From Acidobacteriota bacterium (lineage in GTDB: Bacteria; Desulfobacterota; Desulfovibrionia; Desulfovibrionales; Desulfovibrionaceae): DNA of 64,000 nucleotides. The position numbers were made by a program, and so were the translations under genes. The notes below the pieces were generated by a model. It was given only the letters and a program-made list of their open reading frames with translations. It did no database searches and had not been told where the DNA came from. This document shows, in pieces, positions 55,361 to 64,000 of the stretch (the stretch's first letter is position 1; each line of letters opens with the position of its first letter). The DNA is taken from contig JBKICU010000036.1 of NCBI GenBank assembly GCA_046566965.1, positions 27,059 to 91,058 on the forward strand, given 5' to 3'.

Positions 55361-56406
55361 GTTCAGGCCAGGCCCTGATTGAGGAATTGACCGCCCTGGC
55401 CGGGGAAGCCAAAAACACCCTCGGCCAGGCGTCCTCTTTCGAGGCCCTTGAAGAACTGCGCGTTGCCTATCTGGGCCGCAAGGGCCGCTTGGCCCAGATC
55501 ATGGCCAAGCTCCCCGGCCTCACCGCCGAGGAGAAGCGCCAGGCGGGCCAGACTGCCAACACCGTGAAGGAGGAACTCACGGCGCACTACACCGTGCGCC
55601 TGGAGGGACTCAAGCGCGCCCAGGACGAGGCCATGCTCGCCGGGTTCGACCCCGCCCTGCCGGGCAGGTCGCACCCCACGGGGGGCCTGCATCCTTTGAG
55701 CCTTGTTTCCGACGAGATCTGCCGGGCCTTTTCCGGCATGGGTTTCGAGGTGGTCACCGGCCCGGAGATAGAAACCGATTTCTACAACTTCGAGGCTCTG
55801 AACTTCCCGCCGGAACACCCCGCCCGCGACATGCAGGACACCCTGTACATCGGGGACAACATCCTCTTGCGCACGCACACCTCGCCCCTGCAGGTGCGCA
55901 CGCTGCTTTCCCGCAAGCCTCCCGTGGCGGCCATCGCGCCGGGCAAGGTCTACCGCCGCGATTCGGACATCACCCATTCGCCCATGTTCCACCAGATTGA
56001 GGGCTTCCTCGTGGACAAGGGCGTCACCATGGCCGATCTGCGCGGCACGCTCACCTTCTTCGTGCACCGCATCTTCGGACCCGACACCCTGGTGCGGTTC
56101 CGTCCCAGCTTCTTCCCCTTCACCGAGCCGAGCGCCGAGGTCGATATCTCCTGCGTCATGTGCGAGGGCAAGGGCCACGTGGGCGGCCAGACCTGCCGCG
56201 TGTGCAAGTCCACCGGCTGGGTGGAGATCCTGGGCTGCGGCATGATCGACCCCAACGTGCTGAAAGCCGTGGACATCGATCCGGAAGTGTATTCCGGGTT
56301 CGCCTTCGGCATGGGCGTTGAACGGGTGACCATGCTGAAATACGGGGTGGGCGACCTGCGGCTCTTCTTCGAGAACGACGTCCGCTTCCTGGGCCAGTTC
56401 GCGTAG
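55357..56406 (+). CDS. pheS: Phenylalanine--tRNA ligase alpha subunit
   Basis: [30 protein letters not shown]. Confidence 0.98.
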   Translation: MSSGQALIEELTALAGEAKNTLGQASSFEALEELRVAYLGRKGRLAQIMAKLPGLTAEEKRQAGQTANTVKEELTAHYTVRLEGLKRAQDEAMLAGFDPALPGRSHPTGGLHPLSLVSDEICRAFSGMGFEVVTGPEIETDFYNFEALNFPPEHPARDMQDTLYIGDNILLRTHTSPLQVRTLLSRKPPVAAIAPGKVYRRDSDITHSPMFHQIEGFLVDKGVTMADLRGTLTFFVHRIFGPDTLVRFRPSFFPFTEPSAEVDISCVMCEGKGHVGGQTCRVCKSTGWVEILGCGMIDPNVLKAVDIDPEVYSGFAFGMGVERVTMLKYGVGDLRLFFENDVRFLGQFA

Positions 56407-56422
56407 GCTGCGGGGCCAGGCC

Positions 56423-56704
56423 ATGCGCCTCACTCCCGAAGAACAGCACATCATAAAGGCCGCCGTGGCCTCGCAGGACCCGCAGGCCGAGGTGTGGCTC
56501 TTCGGGTCGCGCGCGGACGATTCCAAGCGCGGCGGCGACATCGACCTGCTCATCTTTTCGCAGCTTCTCGGTGACGACGGCAAAGATGCCGTCTGGTGGG
56601 AACTTCAGGAAAAACTGGGCGAGCAAAAAATCGATATTGTCGTCGCCAAGGACCTGAGCTCCCCGTTCGTGCGGATTGTTATGGAAAAGGCGGTACGATT
56701 ATGA
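56423..56704 (+). CDS. Minimal nucleotidyltransferase (MNT) antitoxin
   Basis: LFGSRADDSKRGGDIDL, KIDIV. Confidence 0.88.
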   Translation: MRLTPEEQHIIKAAVASQDPQAEVWLFGSRADDSKRGGDIDLLIFSQLLGDDGKDAVWWELQEKLGEQKIDIVVAKDLSSPFVRIVMEKAVRL

Positions 56705-57153
56705 ACACCGCTGCCCGGATGCAGAACATAACCCGCAGTATCGCCCAGCTTGAGAAGTCCATGCAACGGCTCAAGCGCTCTTGGGACGCCTGCTCCCATA
56801 TCCCAGATATCTCCGACCTGTCCGAAGCTGACTATGACGCTTTGGAGGCTATGGCCGGTCGCTTTTCACGCACCTCGGACATTCTGATCCAAAAGGTGTT
56901 CCGATCTTTGGACGCCTATGAACTCTATGAGAGCGGCACGCCCCTGGATGTAATCAACCGGGCGGACAAGCGGGAATTGTTTGACGACGTCAATGCAATC
57001 AAACGTATTCGCGCGCTGAGAAACAGAATCGCACATGAATACGAACTTGAAGATCTCGCCATCCTCATGCGCGAGATGCTGGCCTTGACGCCAGTGCTGC
57101 TGGATACTTGTACGCGTACCATCGAGTACGCCATGAACATCATCCGATCGTGA
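56701..57153 (+). CDS. HEPN ribonuclease toxin (HepT-like)
   Basis: RNRIAHEY (RX4HXY); ATGA overlap with MNT; lower GC. Confidence 0.85.
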   Translation: MNTAARMQNITRSIAQLEKSMQRLKRSWDACSHIPDISDLSEADYDALEAMAGRFSRTSDILIQKVFRSLDAYELYESGTPLDVINRADKRELFDDVNAIKRIRALRNRIAHEYELEDLAILMREMLALTPVLLDTCTRTIEYAMNIIRS

Positions 57154-57210
57154 TGGTGACCGACTGAGGTCGGCTCGCTCGACCTCAGCAGGACGCCGGA
57201 GGCTTTTCAC

Positions 57211-59607
57211 ATGCTGCTTTCTCTCAATTGGCTGCGCGAGTTTGTCCCCTACGAGGGCTCCGTCGACACCCTGGCCGACCGCCTGACCATGCTGGGGCTG
57301 GAAGTGGAGGGCGTCAGCCGTCCCTTCGCCGCCACCGCCGACGTGGTGGTGGGCCACGTGCTCACCCGCGAGAAGCACCCTGACGCCGACAAGCTCTCGG
57401 TGTGCACCGTGGACGTGGGCCAGGGCGAACCCCTGCAGATCGTGTGCGGCGCGGCCAACGTGGCAGCCGGTCTGAGCGTGCCCGTGGCCAGGATCGGCAC
57501 GGTGCTGCCCGGCGGGCTGACCATCAAGAAGAGCAAGATTCGCGGCGTGGAGTCCTTCGGCATGATCTGCTCCGAATCGGAGCTTGGTCTAGCCGAGAAG
57601 AGCGAGGGCATCCTGGAGCTTCCGGCGGGCTTGAAGCCCGGCAAGACCCTGGCGGAGGCCATGAACCTGGACGACGTGGTGCTGGAGATCGGCATCACCC
57701 CCAACCGGGCGGACTGCCTCTCCGTGCTGGGGCTGGCCCGCGAGGCCGCCATGGCCTTCGGCCTGCCGCTCACCATGCCCTCGGTGCACCTGAAGGAGGA
57801 CGGCCCGGACGCGTCCACCCTGGTGTCCATCCGCATCCCCGAGCCGGACCTGTGCCCGGTGTACCGCGCGCGCATCATCCGGGGCGTGGAGATCAAGGCC
57901 TCCCCCGCCTGGATGCGTTACCGCCTGACTGCCATGGGCCAGCGCCCGGTGAACAACATCGTGGACGTGACCAACTACGTCATGCTGGAACTTGGCCAGC
58001 CCCTGCACGCCTTCGACCGGAACCTGCTGGCAGGGGACTTCATCGAGATAAGCCGCGCCGCCGAGGGCACGCGCTTCAACACCCTGGACGGCCAGGAACG
58101 CGTGCTGACCACCCGCGACCTCCTGATCCGCGACGGGGCGAAGGCTGTGGCACTGGCAGGCGTCATGGGCGGCGAGAACTCCGAAATTTCCGACCGCTCC
58201 ACCGAGGTGCTGCTGGAGTGCGCCGTGTTCAACCCGGCCACCATCCGCAAGACCGCCCGCCGCCTGGGCCTCTCCAGCGAGTCCTCCTACCGCTACGAGC
58301 GCGGCGTGGACCAGCCCGGCTCGCTCTTCGCCATGAACCGCGCCGCCGCCCTCATGGCCGAGGTGGCCGATGGGCGCGTGCTGCCCGGCATCGCCGAGGC
58401 CGAGCCCAAGCCCTGGAAGCCCTCGCCCATCGGGTTCAGGCCCGCCAAGGCCGTGAGCCTGCTGGGCATCGAACTTTCCAACGATTTTTGCCGCAAGACC
58501 CTTCAGGCCCTGGGCTGCGAGGTGGAGCTCAAGTCCGCCGAGGCCTGGACCATCACGCCCCCGCCCGCCCGCCAGGACCTGGAGCGCGAGGTGGACCTGA
58601 TCGAAGAGGTGGCGCGCGTGTACGGCATGGACCGCATCCCGGCCGCCATGCCCAAGATGCTGAAATCCCTCGAAGTGCCTGACCGTCTGGGCGCGGAAGT
58701 GCCCTTCATGGGCCGCCTGAAGGCCTGGGCCTGCGGCGCGGGGCTTCGCGAGACCGTGAACTACTCCTTCGTGGGCCAGCAGGAGCTCGATCTCTTGGGC
58801 CTGCCGGGCGAGGGCCGCGTGCCCGTGGCCAACCCCCTCTCGGAAGACCAGAACGTCATGCGCACCGAGCTTGCCCCCGGACTCATGAAGGCCGTGCGCC
58901 ACAACCTTTCCCAGGGCAACGCCACACTGCGCCTGTTCGAGCTGGCCAAGGCCTTCACGGCCGACAGCGCCAGCGAGACCACGGTGCGCGAGGCCCATCG
59001 CCTGGGCATCGCCCTGTGCGGCGCGCGTTTCGGATCGTTCCCCTGGCCCGAGGAGAAGGTCGATTATTCCGACCTCAAGGGGCTGGTGGAACAGCTTCTG
59101 GCCTCCCTGGGCCTGTCGGACGCCCAGTACGCCGTGCACAAGGACCACCCCTGGCTTTCGCCCTGCGTGCAGGTCAGCCTGGACGGGCGTGTGCTCGGCG
59201 TCATGGGCAAGGTGCTTCAGGACGTGGCCGACAGCTACGAGGCCAAGGCCGGACTGTGGATGGCGGAGCTTGACGCCGAGGCCCTCATGGCCCTGCACCA
59301 GCACCGCTCCATCCGCTTCCGGGGCCTGCCCAAGTTCCCGCCGTCGCGCCGCGACGTGACCCTGGTGATGCCCTCCACGCTCTCCGTGGCCGAGGTGCTG
59401 GGAGCCGCGCGCGCCCACAAGGCCGCCATTCTGGAGGACGTGGCCGTGCACGACCTGTTCGAGCCCGAAGGCGCCACCGAGAAGAACGTGACCTTCCGGG
59501 TCACCTACCGCCACGCCGAGCGCACCCTCACCGACAAGGACGTGGACAAGGCCCACACCGGCCTGTGCGACGCGCTGTCCAAGGCCCTGCCGGTGCGCTT
59601 CCAGTAG
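57211..59607 (+). CDS. pheT: Phenylalanine--tRNA ligase beta subunit
   Basis: HPDADKL, IVCGA, TPNRADC, RYERG, C-terminal FDX-ACB domain. Confidence 0.98.
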   Translation: MLLSLNWLREFVPYEGSVDTLADRLTMLGLEVEGVSRPFAATADVVVGHVLTREKHPDADKLSVCTVDVGQGEPLQIVCGAANVAAGLSVPVARIGTVLPGGLTIKKSKIRGVESFGMICSESELGLAEKSEGILELPAGLKPGKTLAEAMNLDDVVLEIGITPNRADCLSVLGLAREAAMAFGLPLTMPSVHLKEDGPDASTLVSIRIPEPDLCPVYRARIIRGVEIKASPAWMRYRLTAMGQRPVNNIVDVTNYVMLELGQPLHAFDRNLLAGDFIEISRAAEGTRFNTLDGQERVLTTRDLLIRDGAKAVALAGVMGGENSEISDRSTEVLLECAVFNPATIRKTARRLGLSSESSYRYERGVDQPGSLFAMNRAAALMAEVADGRVLPGIAEAEPKPWKPSPIGFRPAKAVSLLGIELSNDFCRKTLQALGCEVELKSAEAWTITPPPARQDLEREVDLIEEVARVYGMDRIPAAMPKMLKSLEVPDRLGAEVPFMGRLKAWACGAGLRETVNYSFVGQQELDLLGLPGEGRVPVANPLSEDQNVMRTELAPGLMKAVRHNLSQGNATLRLFELAKAFTADSASETTVREAHRLGIALCGARFGSFPWPEEKVDYSDLKGLVEQLLASLGLSDAQYAVHKDHPWLSPCVQVSLDGRVLGVMGKVLQDVADSYEAKAGLWMAELDAEALMALHQHRSIRFRGLPKFPPSRRDVTLVMPSTLSVAEVLGAARAHKAAILEDVAVHDLFEPEGATEKNVTFRVTYRHAERTLTDKDVDKAHTGLCDALSKALPVRFQ

Positions 59608-59637
59608 GGTGTGGAGCATCGGAAACAACGCCATTCA

Positions 59638-59678
59638 GGGCCGGGAGCGCGCATGCGCCCCGGTCCTTTCCTTTTTTG
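59638..59678 (+). terminator. Terminator after pheT
   Basis: GGGCCGGG...CCCGGTCC hairpin followed by TTTCCTTTTTT. Confidence 0.55.
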
Positions 59679-59824
59679 TCTTCGCCCGGCTACGTCTGCC
59701 GGACAAGCGCAGGGGGCGCAGGCAAACCGGAGTTCAGGGAGCGGGGGCTTCATTTGGAGCGTGCGAGCGAAGCGTCAAGGCGGGCATCGGAAAGTCCAAG
59801 CGGGCGGCAAAGCGGGGCTTTCCG

Positions 59825-59854
59825 TTGACAAAAAAGATGGCTCAAGCCTATATC
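59825..59854 (+). promoter_or_regulatory. Sigma70 promoter of fba-gap
   Basis: TTGACA followed after 17-18 nt by (C)TATATC. Confidence 0.55.
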
Positions 59855-59933
59855 CCCGGCGTATCGGGGCGCTTTCCGCGCTCTGCCATCACCAGCCCAT
59901 AATCCGCCCACACCCCTCAAGGAGGAGAGCGTC

Positions 59934-60857
59934 ATGCCTTTGGTTTCGCCCAAGGAAATGTTCGATAAAGCCTACGCTGGCGGCTACGCCGTCGGCGCCT
60001 TCAACGTGAACAACATGGAGATCGTCCAGGGCATCATCGCCGCTGGCAACCAGGAGCGCGCGCCGCTCATCCTCCAGGTTTCGGCGGGGGCGCGCAAGTA
60101 CGCGGGCGAAAACTACATCATGAAGCTCATGGAAGCGGCCATGGCCGACACCGACCTCCCGGTGGTGCTGCACCTGGACCACGGCCAGAACTTCGAGATC
60201 TGCGAGATGGTCATCAAGGCCGGGTTCACCTCGGTGATGGTGGACGGCTCGCACCTGCCCTTCGAGGAGAACATCGCCCTGACCAAAAAGGTCGTGGAAT
60301 GCGCACACGCCCAGGGCGTGTTCGTGGAGGCCGAGCTTGGCCGTCTGGCGGGCGTGGAGGACGAGGTCAGCTCCGAGCACAGCATCTACACCGACCCCGA
60401 CCAGGCCGTGGAGTTCGTGGAGCGCTCCGGCTGCGACTCCCTGGCCATCGCCATCGGCACCAGCCACGGAGCCTACAAGTTCAAGGGCGAGGCCAAGCTG
60501 GACTTCGACCGCCTGGAGAAGATCGGCACGCTGCTGCCCGGCTACCCCCTGGTGCTGCACGGCTCCTCGTCCGTACCCCAGGAGTTCGTGAAGATGGCCA
60601 ACACCTACGGCGGCGCAGTGGGCGACGCCAAGGGCGTGCCCGAGGAGATGCTCCGCCGCGCCGCCACCATGGCCGTGTGCAAGATCAACATCGACACGGA
60701 CATCCGTCTGGCCATGACTGCGGTCATCCGCAAGCATTTCGCAGAGAACCCCAGCGATTTCGACCCCCGCCAGTACCTCGGACCCGCCCGCGACGCCGTG
60801 CGGGACATGGTGGCCCACAAGATCAGGAACGTGCTGGGCTGTTCCGGAAAGGCCTAA
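59934..60857 (+). CDS. fba: Fructose-1,6-bisphosphate aldolase class II
   Basis: GAFNVNN, LHLDHG, GTSHGAYK, VLHGSS, KINIDTD. Confidence 0.97.
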   Translation: MPLVSPKEMFDKAYAGGYAVGAFNVNNMEIVQGIIAAGNQERAPLILQVSAGARKYAGENYIMKLMEAAMADTDLPVVLHLDHGQNFEICEMVIKAGFTSVMVDGSHLPFEENIALTKKVVECAHAQGVFVEAELGRLAGVEDEVSSEHSIYTDPDQAVEFVERSGCDSLAIAIGTSHGAYKFKGEAKLDFDRLEKIGTLLPGYPLVLHGSSSVPQEFVKMANTYGGAVGDAKGVPEEMLRRAATMAVCKINIDTDIRLAMTAVIRKHFAENPSDFDPRQYLGPARDAVRDMVAHKIRNVLGCSGKA

Positions 60858-60869
60858 AGCGACCAACGG

Positions 60870-60901
60870 GCAGGGGGCCGGGCTGGCCCCCTGCGCTTTT
60901 T
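60870..60901 (+). terminator. Hairpin/terminator after fba
   Basis: GCAGGGGGCC...GGCCCCCTGC followed by GCTTTTT. Confidence 0.55.
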
Positions 60902-60948
60902 CATACTCATCACCACGCGGGTTTCGCACAAAGACCCAGGAGGCATCC

Positions 60949-61938
60949 ATGGCGATCAAGATTGGCGTGAACGGATTCGGCCGCATCGGCCGCTACCTGA
61001 CCCGGATACTGGCTGGCGACAAGAACATCGAGATCGGGGTCATAAACGCCCGCGCCGACAACGCCGAACTGGCCCGGCTGCTGAAATACGACTCCGTGCA
61101 CCGCATCTTCCAGGGCGAAGTGGGCACCTGGGAGAACGGCATCACCGTGGCCGGAAACAAGATCGTGGTGACCCGCTTCCCCGGCGGCGAATGGAAGTGG
61201 GCCGAGCACGGCATCGACATCGTGGTGGACACCACCGGCAAGTTCACCGACCGCGAGAAGGCCTCCCAGCATATGGCCTGCGGCGCGAAAAAGGTCATCA
61301 TCTCCGCTCCCGCCAAGAACCCGGACTGCACCGTGGTCATGGGCGTGAACGAGGCCGACTACGACCCCGCCGTCCACCACATCGTCTCTTCGGCCTCCTG
61401 CACCACCAACTGTCTGGCTCCCGTGGCCAAGGCCCTGAACGACGCCTTCGGCATCAAGCACGGCCTCATGACCACCATCCACTCCTACACCATGAGCCAG
61501 CGCATCCTGGACGGCTCCCACAAGGACCCCCGCCGCGCCCGCGCCGCCTGCATCTCGCTCATCCCCACCACCACCGGAGCCGCCCGCGCGGTCACCGTGG
61601 TCATGCCGGAGATGAAGGGCAAGCTGGACGGCTATTCCATCCGCGTCCCCACCGCCGACGGCTCCCTGGTGGACCTGACCTGCGAAATGGAGAAGCCCGT
61701 CACCCGGGAAGAGGTCAACGCGCTTCTGAAGTCCAAGGCCAACGAGAACATGGGCTACACCGACGAGCCCCTGGTCTCCGTGGACTACCTGGGCGACACC
61801 CACGGCGGCGTGGTGGACGGCCCCCTCACCACCGTGCTGGACAACAACATGCTCAAGGTGGTCATCTGGTACGACAACGAGGCCGGATTCACCCATCAGC
61901 TGGTGCGCCTGATCAACATGGTGGCCACCAAGAAGTAG
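60949..61938 (+). CDS. gap: Type I glyceraldehyde-3-phosphate dehydrogenase
   Basis: NGFGRIGR, ASCTTNCLAP, WYDNE. Confidence 0.97.
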   Translation: MAIKIGVNGFGRIGRYLTRILAGDKNIEIGVINARADNAELARLLKYDSVHRIFQGEVGTWENGITVAGNKIVVTRFPGGEWKWAEHGIDIVVDTTGKFTDREKASQHMACGAKKVIISAPAKNPDCTVVMGVNEADYDPAVHHIVSSASCTTNCLAPVAKALNDAFGIKHGLMTTIHSYTMSQRILDGSHKDPRRARAACISLIPTTTGAARAVTVVMPEMKGKLDGYSIRVPTADGSLVDLTCEMEKPVTREEVNALLKSKANENMGYTDEPLVSVDYLGDTHGGVVDGPLTTVLDNNMLKVVIWYDNEAGFTHQLVRLINMVATKK

Positions 61939-61974
61939 GCGCAGCCCTCGGCGCTTCGGATCACGACCGGTACG

Positions 61975-62003
61975 ACCGGGGGCTTCTGGCCCCCGGTTTT
62001 TTT
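61975..62003 (+). terminator. Terminator after gap
   Basis: ACCGGGGGC-TTCTG-GCCCCCGGT followed by a T run. Confidence 0.8.
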
Positions 62004-62267
62004 GTGCTGTTCGTGCGGGCCGCCATCCGGAGGAACGTGGGGCTCTTTGAGCTTGTGGACGAATCGGGAGGAAGGTCGAGCGGGAGGGCAAAAGTCAGGC
62101 CGATTCGATCAGAGCCCCGGCGGGCGCGTCCAGAAATTAGTCTTCCACTCGATGAAATCGGACATGCCTCTTCGCTGGCAAATCTGTCACCGAACTGGTA
62201 GGAAATGCCGGTCACGCTGTTCGAGCATGCGCGACGCCTTGAAACGCAGGAATAACGGAGCGGCAGC

Positions 62268-62690
62268 ATGGATCAGCAGTCCATTCAACGCCTGAGACGG
62301 ATACTTGGGGAGACCAACCTGCTGGTGGTGGACGACACCCCCATCATCCGAGGTATCGTGGAAGGTATCCTGGAACCGCTCGGCATGCACGCCATCTATC
62401 AGGCCAGCAACGGGGCCGAAGCCTGGAACATCATGGAATCGATCCCCATCGGCCTCGTGGTGGCGGACTGGCTGATGCCGGGCGTGGACGGGTTGGAGCT
62501 CCTGCGCAAGATGCGGGGGGACGAACGCTTCGCGGCCACGCCTTTCATCATGATAACCGGCATGCCCAACAAGCAGGTGGTGGTTGACGCCACCAAACTC
62601 GGGGTGACGGATTTCATGACCAAGCCCATCGACGGGTCCGTGCTCAAACAGAAGATCCTGAAAGCCCTGAGCCAGAGCAAGGGGGTCTAG
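62268..62690 (+). CDS. Single-domain (CheY-like) response regulator
   Basis: LVVDD, ADWLMP, ITG, KP. Confidence 0.9.
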   Translation: MDQQSIQRLRRILGETNLLVVDDTPIIRGIVEGILEPLGMHAIYQASNGAEAWNIMESIPIGLVVADWLMPGVDGLELLRKMRGDERFAATPFIMITGMPNKQVVVDATKLGVTDFMTKPIDGSVLKQKILKALSQSKGV

Positions 62691-63643
62691 TGGGCGGAGC
62701 GTTTCCGTCGGCCTTGGGCAATGCGGCCGTCTCCCTTCTGCGCGATTCGCTTCGCGTGAGCTTTGCCCTGTTCAAGGTGATGATCCCCATCATCCTGGTG
62801 GTGAAGGTCCTCAAGGAACTTGGCGTCATCGAGTACCTGGCAGCGCCGCTCGGGCCGGTGATGGAGCTGGTGGGCCTGCCTGCCGGCATGGGGCTGGCCT
62901 GGGCCACGGCCATGCTCTCCAACATCTACGGCGGGCTTCTGGTGTTCCAGGCGTTGTCCGCCGAAACCGGCCCGGTGACCGTGGCGCAGGCCACGGTGCT
63001 CGGGGTCCTGATGCTCATCGCGCACAACCTGCTGGTGGAAGGGCAGGTGACCAAACGCTGCGGGGTGAGCTTCCTGGGGCAGAACGCGCTGCGCATCGGC
63101 GGCGCGCTGCTGTGCGCCTGGCTCCTGCACCTGATACTCAAAAGCGGGGATTTCCTGTCCGGGCCGGCGGTGATGCTCTGGCTGCCTCCCAGGCAGGACG
63201 CGGGGCTTCTGAACTGGGCCTGGGGCGAAACCAAGAACCTCGGCTACATATTCCTCATCATTCTGGCGCTCATGGGCCTTATGCGTTTCCTGAACGCCGT
63301 GGGGCTGACCCGCCTCCTGGAAGCGCTGCTGTCGCCGTTTTTGAAGCTCATGGGCATAGGCCCCACGGCGGCCACGGTCACCGTGATCGGCATGACCATG
63401 GGGCTCACCTACGGCGGCGGACTCATCATCCACGAGACCCAGGCCGGGCACATCCCCAAAAGGGACGTGTTCGCTGCGGTATCGCTCATGAGCCTGTCCC
63501 ACGCGCTCATCGAGGACACGCTGCTCCTGGCGCTTATCGGGGCCAGCCCCTGGGGGACGCTTGCGGCGCGGCTGCTGTTCTCGCTGGTGGTCACGGCGGT
63601 ATTGTCGCGCTGGGCCGCCTCGCGCGAGGCCGTCCCGGCCTAG
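62690..63643 (+). CDS. Membrane protein (nucleoside recognition/Gate-like)
   Basis: Multiple TM helices; PVMELVGLP, NIYGG, AHNLLVE, GLTYGGG, SHALIEDT. Confidence 0.7.
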   Translation: MGGAFPSALGNAAVSLLRDSLRVSFALFKVMIPIILVVKVLKELGVIEYLAAPLGPVMELVGLPAGMGLAWATAMLSNIYGGLLVFQALSAETGPVTVAQATVLGVLMLIAHNLLVEGQVTKRCGVSFLGQNALRIGGALLCAWLLHLILKSGDFLSGPAVMLWLPPRQDAGLLNWAWGETKNLGYIFLIILALMGLMRFLNAVGLTRLLEALLSPFLKLMGIGPTAATVTVIGMTMGLTYGGGLIIHETQAGHIPKRDVFAAVSLMSLSHALIEDTLLLALIGASPWGTLAARLLFSLVVTAVLSRWAASREAVPA

Positions 63644-63664
63644 ATCACGAGTCGGCGCGCCCCC

Positions 63665-64000
63665 TCACTTCCCGGCTCCAGCGTTCTCCAGGGCCTTTTT
63701 CACGAAGGCGTCCATCCCCTTTCCCGTTTTCAGCACGATGAACCGGTTGGCCACAGCGGCCACGTAGCGCTGGGTTTCCGGGAAGGGCGGAATGCCCGCG
63801 TACTTGCGCACGGCCTCGGGGCCGGCGTTGTAGGCGGCCAGGGCCAGGCGCAGGTCACCGAAGGCTTTGAGCTGCTGGCTGAGGTAGCGGCTGCCCGCCT
63901 CGATGTTGGCGGAAGGATCGAACGGGTCGGCCAGGTTCAGGCCCTTGCCGGTCTGGGGCATGATCTGCATGAGTCCTTGCGCCCCCTTGGGCGAGACGGC
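63665..64000 (-). CDS. Lytic transglycosylase SLT domain protein (5' end outside window)
   Basis: SPKGAQGLMQIMP, ALAAYNAG, PPFPETQRYV. Confidence 0.92.
   Translation of the reverse strand, partial: AVSPKGAQGLMQIMPQTGKGLNLADPFDPSANIEAGSRYLSQQLKAFGDLRLALAAYNAGPEAVRKYAGIPPFPETQRYVAAVANRFIVLKTGKGMDAFVKKALENAGAGK

Noticed and set aside
56150-56206. CxxC...CxxC insert in PheS
   Set aside because: A common PheS variant, not unusual.

Overview
GC-rich bacterial chromosome segment. Gene content and order point to a sulfate-reducing Desulfovibrionaceae member (inference). Core blocks: a thioester-containing alpha-2-macroglobulin gene running off the left edge; a GT2, queA, 2-oxoacid:ferredoxin oxidoreductase (4 subunits), aroE run; dsbD-like, dgkA, aroC; holA-radC-acyP-lon; tandem chrA genes; amtB-PII; ribF; tRNA-Leu(CAG); tRNA-Val(GAC)-thrS-infC-rpmI-rplT-pheS-pheT; fba-gap. 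Between the two tRNAs (about 29-51.7 kb) lies a signalling-rich accessory region. Its most striking part is a second Lon protease that lacks the N-domain and has an intact receiver domain inserted just before Walker A. It lies near a histidine kinase/sigma54 activator pair whose receiver resembles its own, and is divergent from a sigma54-type operon (small proteins, TauE/SafE, USP) preceded by three palindromic sites. Other oddities: an orphan coiled-coil gene between two copies of the activator's HTH-coding end, an MNT-HEPN toxin-antitoxin pair splitting pheS from pheT, a Phd/ParE pair, a PEP-CTERM gene with its own sigma54 promoter and enhancer boxes, an ATA start for infC, and a GAPDH with NADP-type residues. 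No CRISPR array, rRNA, integrase or transposase was seen. All calls come from reading motifs by eye; no database searches were run.
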